A stretch of DNA of 34,488 bases, taken from NCBI GenBank assembly GCA_013115145.1, contig JAAPAO010000380.1:1-34488 (forward strand), read 5' to 3'. The first letter of the stretch is position 1. Each line of letters opens with the position of its first letter. The notes beneath the pieces are model-generated. The model was not told where the DNA came from. It searched no databases and saw nothing but the letters and a program-made list of their open reading frames with translations. Both the position numbers and the translations under genes were made by a program. The stretch is from Perkinsus chesapeaki ATCC PRA-425 (lineage: Eukaryota > Protista > Perkinsozoa). Shown here in pieces: positions 1-9,928 of this stretch.

Positions 1-73
1 TTTGCGATTTTGGTGAAGTGAAAAGTGGAATAGGGTTTTCACTAGCGGTTCTCATATCACGGGTGCATCTCCA

Positions 74-852
74 ATGAGCTATAACGAAATGATATTGCAG
101 ACGAAGGCGGTGTTTGGTGAACTGCCTGATGACGTTCTTCCATCTTTGGAACAAGTCATTGTCTTGAGGTCTCGTGTAGAAGACCATGCTATCCCTTTTG
201 CTGACTTCAGTGTGTGGACAGGTAAGCAGCGCATTCGCCTAAGACAGATGAAGCTCAAGCGTTGGACATTCGGCGAAGACGGCACTGCGGAACGTATTAG
301 TGCCCCTTCTCTAACCACCTTCCATGACTGGTGCAAGTCTTCCACCATTTATAAGTACGCTCTGGCTATGATCGGTGCTTCTACAATAACTGATCTGGAA
401 GCGTACCGTGCTCAAATCGAGCACCTCTATTCTATCTACGGTGATCATTACGGGTCCTTCGTCACCGGCGCTGACGAGCTCTTGAGATCCTCTCGGATAT
501 CAAAATTCTGGCCGGTTGGCGACAAGACCAAGTGGGGCGTAGCCTTCAGAGCTGCAGCTGCGGATTACAGTTTCTTGAATGCTCAGGTGAATTGCAATGT
601 CTTCCAGGTGACGCGTGACAATAATACTTCACAGCCTGGTGCTAAGTCTTCGCTCCACTCCACTCCACACTCCACCTGGTGGAGCAACTGTGGACCACAG
701 TTAACCCTCGGGCTTCGCCGTCTTCGAGAACGAGCCATCAGTTCTGCTTTTCCTACCAAACCGGTGCACCTGGCCATACTGGTGGCACCTGCCCTAATGG
801 TAGGAAGCACCTGTGCATGAAGTGCAAAAGACGTCATCCTCTTCGACGGTAA
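74..852 (+). pseudogene. gag-like ORF of a tyrosine-recombinase retroelement (DIRS/Ngaro/VIPER-like), frameshifted
   Basis: ORF 74-820 is open. Near the CTCCA micro-repeat (652-676) the alternative frame gives ...QFCFSYQTGAPGHTGGTCPNGRKHLCMKCKRRHPLRR* (stop 850-852), a Cys/His C-terminus of the kind seen in YR-retroelement Gag. It overlaps the start of the recombinase frame at 813. Confidence 0.6.
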
Positions 853-1012
853 TTGAAACGGTCCTTAATAACGAACAAATACATGATACAGCAATCACGT
901 CTTCCTGCTCTAAGCCTACTGGCCTTAATCATCATCATCTGCTCCTTCTTCCTCGGGCCTCGAAACACTCGGCGAGTCTTGACGGCTCGAGAACTTGGAC
1001 CTTCTTATCTGC

Positions 1013-1742
1013 TGCTGCTGCTGTTGTTTTTTTTCTCAACAGCGGCATGCAGAATACAAATATACAGAACTGGCCCTCGCGGGCAGATATACTAAGCCCT
1101 CGCGGGCCGATATACTAAGCCCTTGCGGGCATACGAAAAAGCCCTTGCGGGCAAACCAAATTACAGAAGGCCCCGACGAGCATCAAGATGCTGCATCAGG
1201 GCCGCGAAGAGTCGATTGAAGGCCTTGCGGCGCTTCAAATCGACGACCATTTTATAAAAGTGATAGGGGACACCACCCTTAACGCGCTTCCTGGCATGCT
1301 CTAAGAGCGGGCAGGAACGCAGGAGGTGCCTTAGGTACCCTATCGGGGCTCCGCATCACACTCCGGAGAGTCGATTACCCCACAACTGTGAAGATGAGCT
1401 GGGGTTGGAGCCCTACCGAACACTACAGCACTACCTGCTGGGGTAACTTCCCCACGACTCCACAGCCTCGCATGCGAGGCACAGTAGAAGAAGTCGTTGC
1501 AGGCAGTGCCAAGACCAGCCCGTTTCTCTGACCACCACTTGCGCAGTGACAGAAGCCCGGCTTCGGCTTGATACCGCCGAAGGGTCCTCACACTGATTTC
1601 CGTCTCCGAGGAGACTTCCGTCATGAAGGCACCCTTGGCTGCCAGTTCATCAGCTCGGTCGTTGGCAGGCATGCCGCTGTGACCAGGTACCCAATGAAAG
1701 GTGACCTTGTCCGGGAGTCCAGCCAAGAGCAGAGTAATCTGC
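1013..1742 (-). mobile_element. 5'-truncated non-LTR retrotransposon (RNase H C-terminal part + CCHC knuckle + 3' UTR + tail)
   Basis: Reads VTFHWVPGHSGMPANDRADELAAKGA, then HLHSCGVIDSPEC. After a frameshift: RHLLRSCPLLEHAR...RGLL* (stop 1161-1163). Tail is A8-CAA-(CAG)n. ATCTGC is duplicated at 1007-1012 and 1737-1742. Confidence 0.8.
1073..1152. repeat. four GCCCTYGCGGGC mini-hairpin repeats (22-23 bp period) in the LINE 3' UTR
   Basis: Copies start at 1073, 1096, 1119 and 1141; each has a GCCC/GGGC stem with a 4-nt loop. Confidence 0.85.
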
Positions 1743-1929
1743 CTGGCTTTATCCCTTCGACGGCTATTACAGCCAGGAAAACGAGGTTGCGCTCCAGAGG
1801 GCAAAAGATGTGCTGAGAGGAAATGAGTTCGCTGTCTCAACAAGGGGCCCGATGAGCTCTCGCGTGAAGCTCTAGATAGAGATCTGTGAGAGCCAAGGAC
1901 TGCCGGCTTTTCCGGTGACGAGACAAGCA

Positions 1930-2226
1930 TTGGAAAGTTTCCAATGGAAACAGCAGCCGCCGTCCTCAAGAGCGCCGGTTACCGAAGCGCTCACTGCTAC
2001 TAAGATGCTGCCTGTTCAGCTAATAGTGTAAGAGGGTTTGTTTTGTCTAAAGTGGATCGAGAAGCCCTACGTCGGATCAAGCGAGCTCTCAAGAGAGGTC
2101 TCGGCCCACCGAGGCGAGCCAAGCCGGTCTCCCCGGGTGATTTACTGGCGATATACAGAGCATCCAAGCGACCACAGGAGAAGATGAGAGCCAATGCCTA
2201 TATACTTGCTGGCACCAAGTTGGTGT
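1930..2226. other. two 7+8+7 inverted-duplication footprints inside the recombinase
   Basis: TTGGAAA-GTTTCCAA-TGGAAAC (1930-1951, exact) and CTTGCTG-GCACCAAG-TTGGTGT (2205-2226, 2 mismatches). Confidence 0.85.
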
Positions 2227-3062
2227 CTGGTTCCTACTTGGAAAAGAAGTTTGCGATGTGGCAACTGTTGATGTGACCATTGACAACAGTGGCGACAGAT
2301 GCGGACGAGCATTAATACTGGTCAGCGAGAGTAAGGTTGATATTCAGGATGTCGGACAAGAGAGGGAGCACGGCTGCTTTTGTTCGAGGTATGCCGGTCA
2401 GCTGGGGACGGATTTGTGTCCTGTCAGAGCGGCAAAAAAGACCTCCTAGCCTACAGACGGGAGCAGGGAGCTCAGGATAGAGATCCCCTGGTCGGGGACC
2501 TTTTCGGTACAGAGGCGGACAAGGCTGGTCTGAGAGAGGTTCTCCGCTGCGACTTGGTGAAGGCTGGTGTTCCGGAATCTCAAGCCTACTCGATGCATAG
2601 CCTCAGACGCGGCGGTTGCCAAATCCTGACTCGTGCTGGCCTGGACCTATCCCAGATCCGAGCCTTCGGAAGATGGTCGAAGACCTCACAGTGTGTGGAC
2701 ATCTACATCGAGGACGCCCTAATTTCTAATAGTACCGCATATGCGGAAGGGGGTATATCATATCTCGTACACCGAAACTCGTACACTTTCACCTCGTTCA
2801 CCACCCGTACACTGAATATCCGTACACCCCTCGGATCCGTACATCGTCAATTCGTAGTACGAATTTCGTACACCCCAGACTCATACACATGAAACCCGTA
2901 CACACAAAGACCGTACACATAACAATCGTACACATAAAATTCGTACACCAAAAACCCGTATACCGAAAACCCGTACATCGTCAATTCGTACACAACGAGA
3001 ACTCGTACACTTCGCAGTCATGCAACCTTCATCTTGAGTTTCCTAGCTTGTACAGATTCTAA

Positions 3063-3143
3063 GGTTTCGCGGCTGTTATGGTGGCGGTGTTAGAATGTGG
3101 TGTAGCTTCACGAAAGGTCGTGAGTTCAACCCTCAGGGAAACT
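3063..3143 (+). pseudogene. degenerate tRNA-like module 1 in TIR element 1
   Basis: Acceptor-like GGTTTC.../...GAAACT ends and T-arm/box B AGGTCGTGAGTTCAACCCTCAG. Anticodon not assignable. Confidence 0.5.
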
Positions 3144-3321
3144 AAATTAAATCATTTAAGTCGAACATCGATTTCCGGTCCAACACGTTACGTAGTTTGA
3201 TCGGCATTGCCATGTCGAATTTCCATTCCGAAGTAGCATACCTGGAATACTATTTCATGTGCCGCGTTTGAGTGTTGCATGCTGGTAAACTCGGCAGATC
3301 GGCTGTGGTTCTTCTATATTG

Positions 3322-3393
3322 CAGATGTAGCGTAGAAGTTAGTGTCCAAGGCCGTCAACCGTGAGGTCGCGGGTACAATTCCCGCAGAGACCG
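3322..3393 (+). pseudogene. degenerate tRNA-like module 2 in TIR element 1
   Basis: D-arm-like GTAGCGTAGAAGTTAG, possible GTC anticodon loop, and T-arm GCGGG-TACAATT-CCCGC. Confidence 0.5.
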
Positions 3394-4395
3394 TGGTAAT
3401 TGGCTTCTCACCCGGCGGGTAGGAAGACTTCCGGCTGTGCGAAATTTTTCAAGGCAAGTCGCGGAGTGGCTCCGCGACCTGCCTTAAAAATTTTCGCGAA
3501 GTATACGAGATGACGGTGTACGGGTTAAAAGTGGGGGTGTGAACGAAATGAAAGAGTACGGGTTTTCGGTACGAGCTTAAAGTGTACTGGTATTATGTGT
3601 ATGAGTATTCGATGTACGAGTATTATGTGTATGAGTGTTCGATGTATGAGTATTTAATGTACGAGTTGAAAGTGTACGGCCCTTCGGTGTACGGGCTGTA
3701 AGTGTACGAGTATTCGAGACATGAGTCGAAGATGTACGAGTTCTCAGTGTACGAGACGTGAACACCCCGCGGAAGGAGCAGTACATGCAGAGCTACTGAG
3801 ACCCCAGATTGGAGTTACGTGGTGGACTCCGTACACGCACAGTCAGATGTACGGCATGGGAAACCCGGACGCTGCGGTGGATAACGAAGTAATACTGGAG
3901 TTTCTTGAGACACCAGCTGCTGAGAGTTACCTGCGACGACCTATCAAAGCAAGAGGGCATCCTGAAGGGATGTTAACGAGTGGTACACATAAAACACGTA
4001 CACTTAATGTTTAATCTCCATAAATCACGTTCATGCTCAACTCGATTGCTTCAAACACTTACACAGTCAGCTCGTTCGCTCCTATTCAGATCATCGGCAG
4101 TTCGACTACCAAAAATACGTTCACTATTATCTCGTATTCATAAACTCGGTACACTTGCATTCAGTACACTAAAAGTTCGTACACTTTCATTCCGTTCACC
4201 CCCATTCCATACACCAAAATCTCAATCCACACTTTTCTCATACACGCATATCTCGTACACTTTCATTTCGTACACTCGAAAATTTTTAAAAGGCAGTTGT
4301 TGCTGCCGCATCAACTGCCTTTTAAAATTTTTCGCGCCTTCAACTCCCAGCATGGTTACCCCAGGCTTTCACCTTCTCACACTCCCATGAACTGA

Positions 4396-4470
4396 AAATA
4401 CCCCGGGTTAGATTCGAACCTAAAACCATGCCCATGTGAGATAGCCCTTATACCACTAGAGCAATCCGAC
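4396..4470 (-). pseudogene. degenerate tRNA-like module (Val CAC-like loop) in TIR element 2
   Basis: Minus strand: TCTAGTGGTATAAG D-loop, CTCACAT loop, TTAGGTTCGAATCTAA T-arm. Confidence 0.5.
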
Positions 4471-4554
4471 TACACAGTTTAATGCCGCATTGACTCAACA
4501 TTGATCCCCCAAAAGTGCTAACTGCTCCGCCGGACAGACAAAGTTTGCCAGTTA

Positions 4555-4625
4555 TGTCGCCTCTGGGGATTGAACGCTCAGCCTTTGGATTAGCAAACTA
4601 GTGATCTCCCTACTGAACTGAAAAA
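4555..4625 (-). pseudogene. second degenerate tRNA-like module in TIR element 2
   Basis: Minus strand: TTCAGTTCAGTAGGGAG...TTGCTAA...GGCTGAGCGTTCAATCCCCAGAGG, giving box A/box B-like spacing. Confidence 0.4.
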
Positions 4626-5186
4626 ATTCGCATAAGTGTACGAGCTATCGGGTGCACGAGTTCGAGGAGTACGAAATCAAACTGAACCAAATCTGAGTGT
4701 ACGACACTCATATGAACGGAATTTTTGTGTACTACTTGGCCCTGAACCCTGAACCTTTGGTGTATCACATTTTGTCGATAGAGATTTGAGTGTAAGGGAA
4801 TTTGGTGTAACAGTTAAAAGTCAAAAATTCCATGTACGAGTTTCAAGTGTACGTAATTTATGTGTACCAAGCGTTATACACCCGTCAGCGTTGCCTGCCA
4901 TGCCAAATTCACACCTGTATAGTCCTGTGACTATTGTGATGTACACTGGCAGCACCTGGCACATGATGAGCAAGCGATGCGTCACCCGGTGACTTACACC
5001 ACTTGTCTCATCTTCTCCCACAGTCCTCGGAAAAGAAGCATTGCTTCAAACCCTTTCTGTCCGAGGTAGGGTATTCGGGTATTTGAGCTTTATTCGTCAT
5101 GTGAAGTGTGCTCCGTTCCTGGCTCGGTCACGGGACCCGGCCAGCGCGCGGCCTGGCATTAAGTGAGGGCTTATTGAGCAAGGGTA

Positions 5187-6772
5187 GGTACTATTAGTAC
5201 CGTACTAAGTGAGTAATGCATCCTAGTCTAGGATTCCTAGACAGTGAGGCATGATCGCCAAGTTCCCCAACTGTGGCTGAACGCAACACGAGTTTCAAAC
5301 TCAGAGTTTGTTTGTTCATACTGAATAACCGTACCGGAACTATTCTGCAAACAGTTCTACTAGCATATAGTGTACATTGTACAATATTACTATACAAGAT
5401 GAAGTGTACATACATATAGTCGTGATTTGAACTCGGCGAATTCGCAGCAATTCATCCTCCCAATGGGACGAGGTCCAATGTGGAACACAAGCACGCAAGA
5501 AGCTGTCTTTTCTGATATGCTCCCTTTTTGACCCATTGCACCTGTCCTTGCTCCCTCTTGCTGTGAGTACTACACGCTGAGCGGGACTGCACGCACCATT
5601 TCCAGGGCCCATATCGACACCGAGGCCCTTTCATCAGATAACTGACTGAGCTTCAGGCCCTCAGACTGAGGGCCTAAGTGACGAAGGCTTCTCAATATCG
5701 TAAAATCTTGCGAATGTCACTCTTTGATCTCCCCCTCAAACCCGCAATAGGGTCACAGGCTGTGACTCAAAGCAATGTGCTGAACGGAGCCCTGCTGGTA
5801 TTCACGTTTTTTTGTTGGAATAACCTATTCCTAGTTGTAGTTGAACTCACCGAATCACGGCCCGCTGCCCGTGATTCACGGGCATAGACGATGTATCAAG
5901 TATCAAGTTCCTCATCACCCACTCTTTGTGCACTGTACCAGCGCAAGTGAGATGCCTGCACAGTGTGTGCCTCAGATAGGTCACTGTGCACTCTGCATAG
6001 TACCTAGTCTATGCGAGCCGTTACTCGGTCGGTATGTCATTCAATTTATGCTAGCCCCGCACGTCCTGCGCAGTATCTGGCGCCCATATCCTGGCCTATA
6101 TGAACCACTTCGTTGGTGTAGCCCTTTGAGCATGCAGCGTAGTACTCTGAGAGTACTGACTGACCTCTCTGAGAAGCGCTCTTAGTTTGAGATCAAATTA
6201 ATGCTATCAATCATGAGCTGTGTTACACAGCCTGTATATCAGTCCCTCTGCAGTGTAAAGTATGCACTCAGCCACTACGTGACGCAGTCTGCGTCGCAAC
6301 TGTATTTAGGCCCGAATCATGCATGGTCACAATTTGTGACTCACAAAGTTTGTGACTAACTCCGTTCAATCGTTAAACTCTAAAGGAGATTCAATCTTGT
6401 GGCAAAACTGCATCTGGTCTCAATCTGTCTGTATACAGAGGTCCGTACTGACTCTGCCACCCCGCAGATCTATTCGGGCTCATCGACACTTAGGCATTCG
6501 GGCCTCCTCAAGCTGAGGGAGCGCCACTGCCGTTTCACCGTCGGACTCGCGGTCCTGCTCATCGGCGTGAGTTGCGCAGTCTGAGCGCATAAAACTGATA
6601 CTCTTGACTCAAATAAACAGGTTCCGACCGCTAGATGCATGTTATTCACAAGGTCGATCCGAGGTCTATGCGGCCTCTCATTGGAAGAATTATCAGTAAT
6701 AAATGCACGAATCAATTGCCTCAGTTGAGCTAAGCCATCATTAGCCTATCGTGACTACTAGTCACTGACTAG
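5187..6772. other. cluster of nine 7+8+7 footprints
   Basis: Exact copies start at 5187, 5220, 6326 and 6751; one-mismatch copies at 5658, 5752, 6135, 6217 and 6274. Confidence 0.85.
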
Positions 6773-7465
6773 CTGCCGGTCAAACGTCAGCTCGAACCAG
6801 TTTGATCCTCCACCTTCGAGACTCTGGAAGCTTATTGTTAATGAGTCATTTAGAAGACAGTAGCAAAGTCTTCGAATAGCGTTAGGTTAAGCGCTACTGT
6901 AACAGTAGCATGCAATATCTTCTATTCAACTCTCAGTAGGAAGTTTCAACGCAGAGAAAGTACCGTAGGGCAAATCACCGCATGTGATCGGCGCTGGTTA
7001 AGGTTGTTATTACTCAGGTTAGACCATCATGGCCATACTGCTATACTCGCATTACTACAACTTTTTAAATTCCCATCTCAAACAGTGCGAGACGATCTCT
7101 TGGCGACTAGATATTGTTTGTATAAATTGTCGGGAACCCGTGAGTCAGATATCAGCACTCTCTTTTGCTCGGGAGTTTAATATTTCAATCACTCTGGTGA
7201 TTGTATGACGCAACCTGCGACGCAGGTCCTGCGTCTGGTGGCAGTCTTCGCCACATCCTGTACGACGTCTGGCGACCAGCTCAGATCATACACAGATCCG
7301 TGCCGGTTCTCGCCAATTGCTCTCTTTTTGAGCCATAAAACATCGATTTTTGTATCGATTCCCATCGCACAGGAGGCAAGTCTGTAACGGTTTCGGTCGC
7401 GTGCGTACAACGGCTATTGTCACTCAGTATATAACTACCAGTTTTAAGCAACCCATAGATTATAA

Positions 7466-7537
7466 GTTGTTGTGGTGTAGTGGTAGAGCAGGTTCCTCTA
7501 AATCTGAAGGTCCCAAGTTTGATACCTGGCTCTATTA
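7466..7537 (+). pseudogene. tRNA pseudogene / tRNA-derived SINE head
   Basis: TGGTGTAGTGGTAGAGCA box A and ATCTGAAGGTCCCAAGTTTGATACCTGG with a mutated TTC loop. Acceptor stem is poor. Confidence 0.55.
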
Positions 7538-8926
7538 CTCTTGTGTTACTCTGTGTCGTACTGTCCCAGTCTGGCCGAGCTATAGTAATAGGCTAGTACT
7601 ATTAGCTATGATCGATATTGTCGAACCCTTGTTCTTTATTATCTCCTTATTCTTCCCAAGTTACTCTTCTTGAGTTATAGTAGTATGACAGAAGCAATTG
7701 ACAATGATGCAGAGCCGGAGTCCCAACAAGTCCTTCTCGGCTCATTGCAGAGCCGTTACTGCCGTGCGGGCACCCATTCACCACTCAAGATCTAATTAGT
7801 GAATGCCAAGACCAAATTAGTATAGTCTAGAACAAATTTGTTAGAAGTTTGCCACAAATTTGCCCGGAGGCTCCGGGCCGGAGCAAAATAATCTTACCCA
7901 GAACAATTTAGTAGAAGCACAGAAAAGTTAATATAACCCAGAACAGATTTGCACTATATAACCCACTGTGGGTTACTCTCACAATTCCTGTCTATCGCAC
8001 AATTGTCGTACCACGCTATTACTAGCTTTATTTACTCGTGATACCCTACACATTACTCACTCTGTTTACTGCTCTACGTCCCTTCGGATATACCTGATCC
8101 TTGTGGTGTTCGAAACACTGCATATTTGTAAAAGCCCAGAACAATTTCATGATCAGAGTGAACGGAGGCTCAATACACCATCAGGTATCTATCCTGCGGT
8201 GAATGCTTGATGCGCCTCCCCTGTCATGGTTTGCGTCAGTCGATTCTCATCACTGCACGCGTGACGATGGAGGTGAGTAACATACATAATCCCCTCAGTA
8301 ACCTCATCTTACCCCTTCGAAAACAATAGGTTGATCACAATCATGATCCACAACCGGCGAAGGTGGTCACAAGAAGGTTGCAGTCTGCACCCATTCACGT
8401 GATGCACATGTGCGTGAAATGGTATCTGCGGCTTTATCGACGTCATGGTGAGCAGGTTCAACCTGCCAGCTTGCTAGATTGATCTAGGAAAGTATTAACT
8501 TGTTCCGGGTTTCAACTGATTTGGTTTTAACTTTTACTAATTAGATCCTGAAATGATGTGATAGGCCGAAGTTGCGCGCTTTTGCACAAGTCGCACAACG
8601 AGACTGCGCTCAACGCAACTCGTCAGTTTTGCCAATGTATCATTCTAGAGGCACGGTGCTACTAGAATCACACGAGTTCACTATGATTTTGGGTCCATAA
8701 AGAGAGTCCTACTTTCAGTAGGCTACTTATCCAAGCGATGCCAACTTTGAGCTCCCGCTGATGGTGCTCCGTATGCAGTGAACGTAGCCAGGTTGTGCGT
8801 TCCATCGTGAAGATCCCGCCGGATCGATGGAGAAACCCGAGCGGGACCTCATAGTCTGGGTTCAATTTCCAAGTAATACTGAAATACTGATGAATGAAGT
8901 TTCTTAGGTTTGACCCCTTCTCATAC

Positions 8927-9928
8927 ATGTTGCTCCGCTGCCTCGTGCTAGGTTACATCACTGCCTTGAACATCGCTATACTAGGCAGAGGAGAGGGTAT
9001 CGCTGGTACAGCACGCGGCTCTCCTGTGAACGACCCTCTCTATCCGCGACAGAACTCATATCTGGAAGCAATTAATGTTCCGGGAGCCTGGAAACGCCTC
9101 GCCTCTACAAGAGTTGTCAGAAAGAGGGTCACGGTAGCCCTTATCGATACCGGAGTCAAGCCTGATCATCCTGACTTGGTTTCCAATCTTGTAGAGGGTT
9201 ATAATGTTCTAAGTGGTGGTCATGATACCCATGATCGAGAGGGGCATGGTACTGAAATGGCCGGGATACTTGGTGCTACTATCAACAATACCGAGGGTAT
9301 AGCGGGTGTTATGGACCTCGTTAACATTATGCCGATTTTCGAAGGCAATACAGAGTACCAGATTCTTTTGGATGCTGCTTTGGACTATGTTATTACCGCA
9401 AGGGAAGCGAGAGATATAAAGTTTATATTGATGGCTTGTTCAGATGATAAGATTTATGACTACTTCAAGGACAGGATCAAGCAAGCAGACCAAGCTGGGA
9501 TTCTTATGATCGTCACTGCCGGGAATATGGGCAAGAACATCACTACAGAGAAGAGGTACCCCTGTGCTCTCTCCGAACAACTCGATGGAGTTTTGTGCGT
9601 CGGTGCGACAGAACAGTCGAGAATGAAGTTGGCTTCTTTCTCCAACTTTGCCAGTTACGTGGACGTTGCTGCACCGGGCGTTAACATCATGACAACGGGA
9701 AATGATGTTAACTATAAAACGATGCCGGGCACGTCTCCAGCGTCCGCCATCGTTGCAGGTGTGGTCGCCATGCTCTACAGTCTCGCTCCAGATCTAACTC
9801 CTGGTGATGTGAAGAAGATCATCAAGGGCACTTCCAAGAAAGGCCTCAAAGATTCCACTGGGAAGGTTGTCCTTCCATTCGGACGAATCGACGCAGACAA
9901 AGCTTTGGCGAAACTGATACCAAGATAG
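8927..9928 (+). CDS. secreted subtilisin-like serine protease (peptidase S8), intronless
   Basis: Catalytic motifs ALIDTG (Asp), HGTEMAG (His), AGN (oxyanion Asn) and GTSPAS (Ser). Hydrophobic signal-like N-terminus from ATG 8927; an upstream in-frame ATG lies at 8894. Confidence 0.95.
   Translation: MLLRCLVLGYITALNIAILGRGEGIAGTARGSPVNDPLYPRQNSYLEAINVPGAWKRLASTRVVRKRVTVALIDTGVKPDHPDLVSNLVEGYNVLSGGHDTHDREGHGTEMAGILGATINNTEGIAGVMDLVNIMPIFEGNTEYQILLDAALDYVITAREARDIKFILMACSDDKIYDYFKDRIKQADQAGILMIVTAGNMGKNITTEKRYPCALSEQLDGVLCVGATEQSRMKLASFSNFASYVDVAAPGVNIMTTGNDVNYKTMPGTSPASAIVAGVVAMLYSLAPDLTPGDVKKIIKGTSKKGLKDSTGKVVLPFGRIDADKALAKLIPR

Larger units (their letters stand above)
2751..3768 (+). mobile_element. 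non-autonomous TIR (foldback/MITE-like) element 1 with CGTACAC subterminal arrays and 8-bp TSD
   Basis: Ends are GGGTATATCATATCTCGTACAC and GTGTACGAGACGTGAACACCCC. About 17 CGTACAC-like motifs at ~15-bp spacing lie on the left (2765-3010) with an inverted array on the right (3500-3756). GCGGAAGG is duplicated at 2743-2750 and 3769-3776, and removing the element rejoins STAY-AEG-AVHAELL in frame. Confidence 0.85.
813..3966 (+). pseudogene. tyrosine recombinase (phage-integrase-like) pseudogene, interrupted by three insertions
   Basis: Motifs in order: AVLKSAGYRS, YILGVWFLL (after removing a 14-nt insert), ESKVDIQDVG, CPVRA, YSMHSLRRGG (H-x-x-R), FGRWSKTSQCVDIYIED (W...Y). Interrupted by a LINE (1013-1742), 14-nt inserts at 1937 and 2212, and a TIR element (2751-3768). 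Stops at 1873 and ~2001; A-run frameshift at ~2434. Confidence 0.85.
3967..4883 (-). mobile_element. TIR element 2 of the same CGTACAC family, inverted relative to element 1
   Basis: Ends are GGGATGTTAACGAGTGGTACAC and GTGTACCAAGCGTTATACACCC. CGTACAC array at 3984-4276 and GTGTACG array at 4636-4868. No matching TSD. Confidence 0.75.

Noticed and set aside
1340-1969. 209-aa ORF as an intact RNase H gene
   Set aside because: Only the part below 1742 is RNase H/LINE; the N-terminal part is the antisense of the recombinase and the catalytic N-terminal half is missing.
2765-4868. CGTACAC arrays as CRISPR or coding repeats (ORFs 3577-3786, 3980-4390, 4786-4992)
   Set aside because: The motifs are 7 bp with ~8-bp spacers, arranged as inverted arrays bounded by TIRs and a TSD in a eukaryotic context with no cas genes; the ORFs are low-complexity by-products.
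7466-7537. Possible amber-suppressor (CTA) tRNA
   Set aside because: The anticodon loop is 8 nt, the T-loop reads TTT instead of TTC and the acceptor stem does not pair, so it is a pseudogene.
7825-8146. Repeated CCCAGAACAATT-like motif (about 4 copies)
   Set aside because: Irregular spacing and no TIR or TSD found; too weak to call an element.
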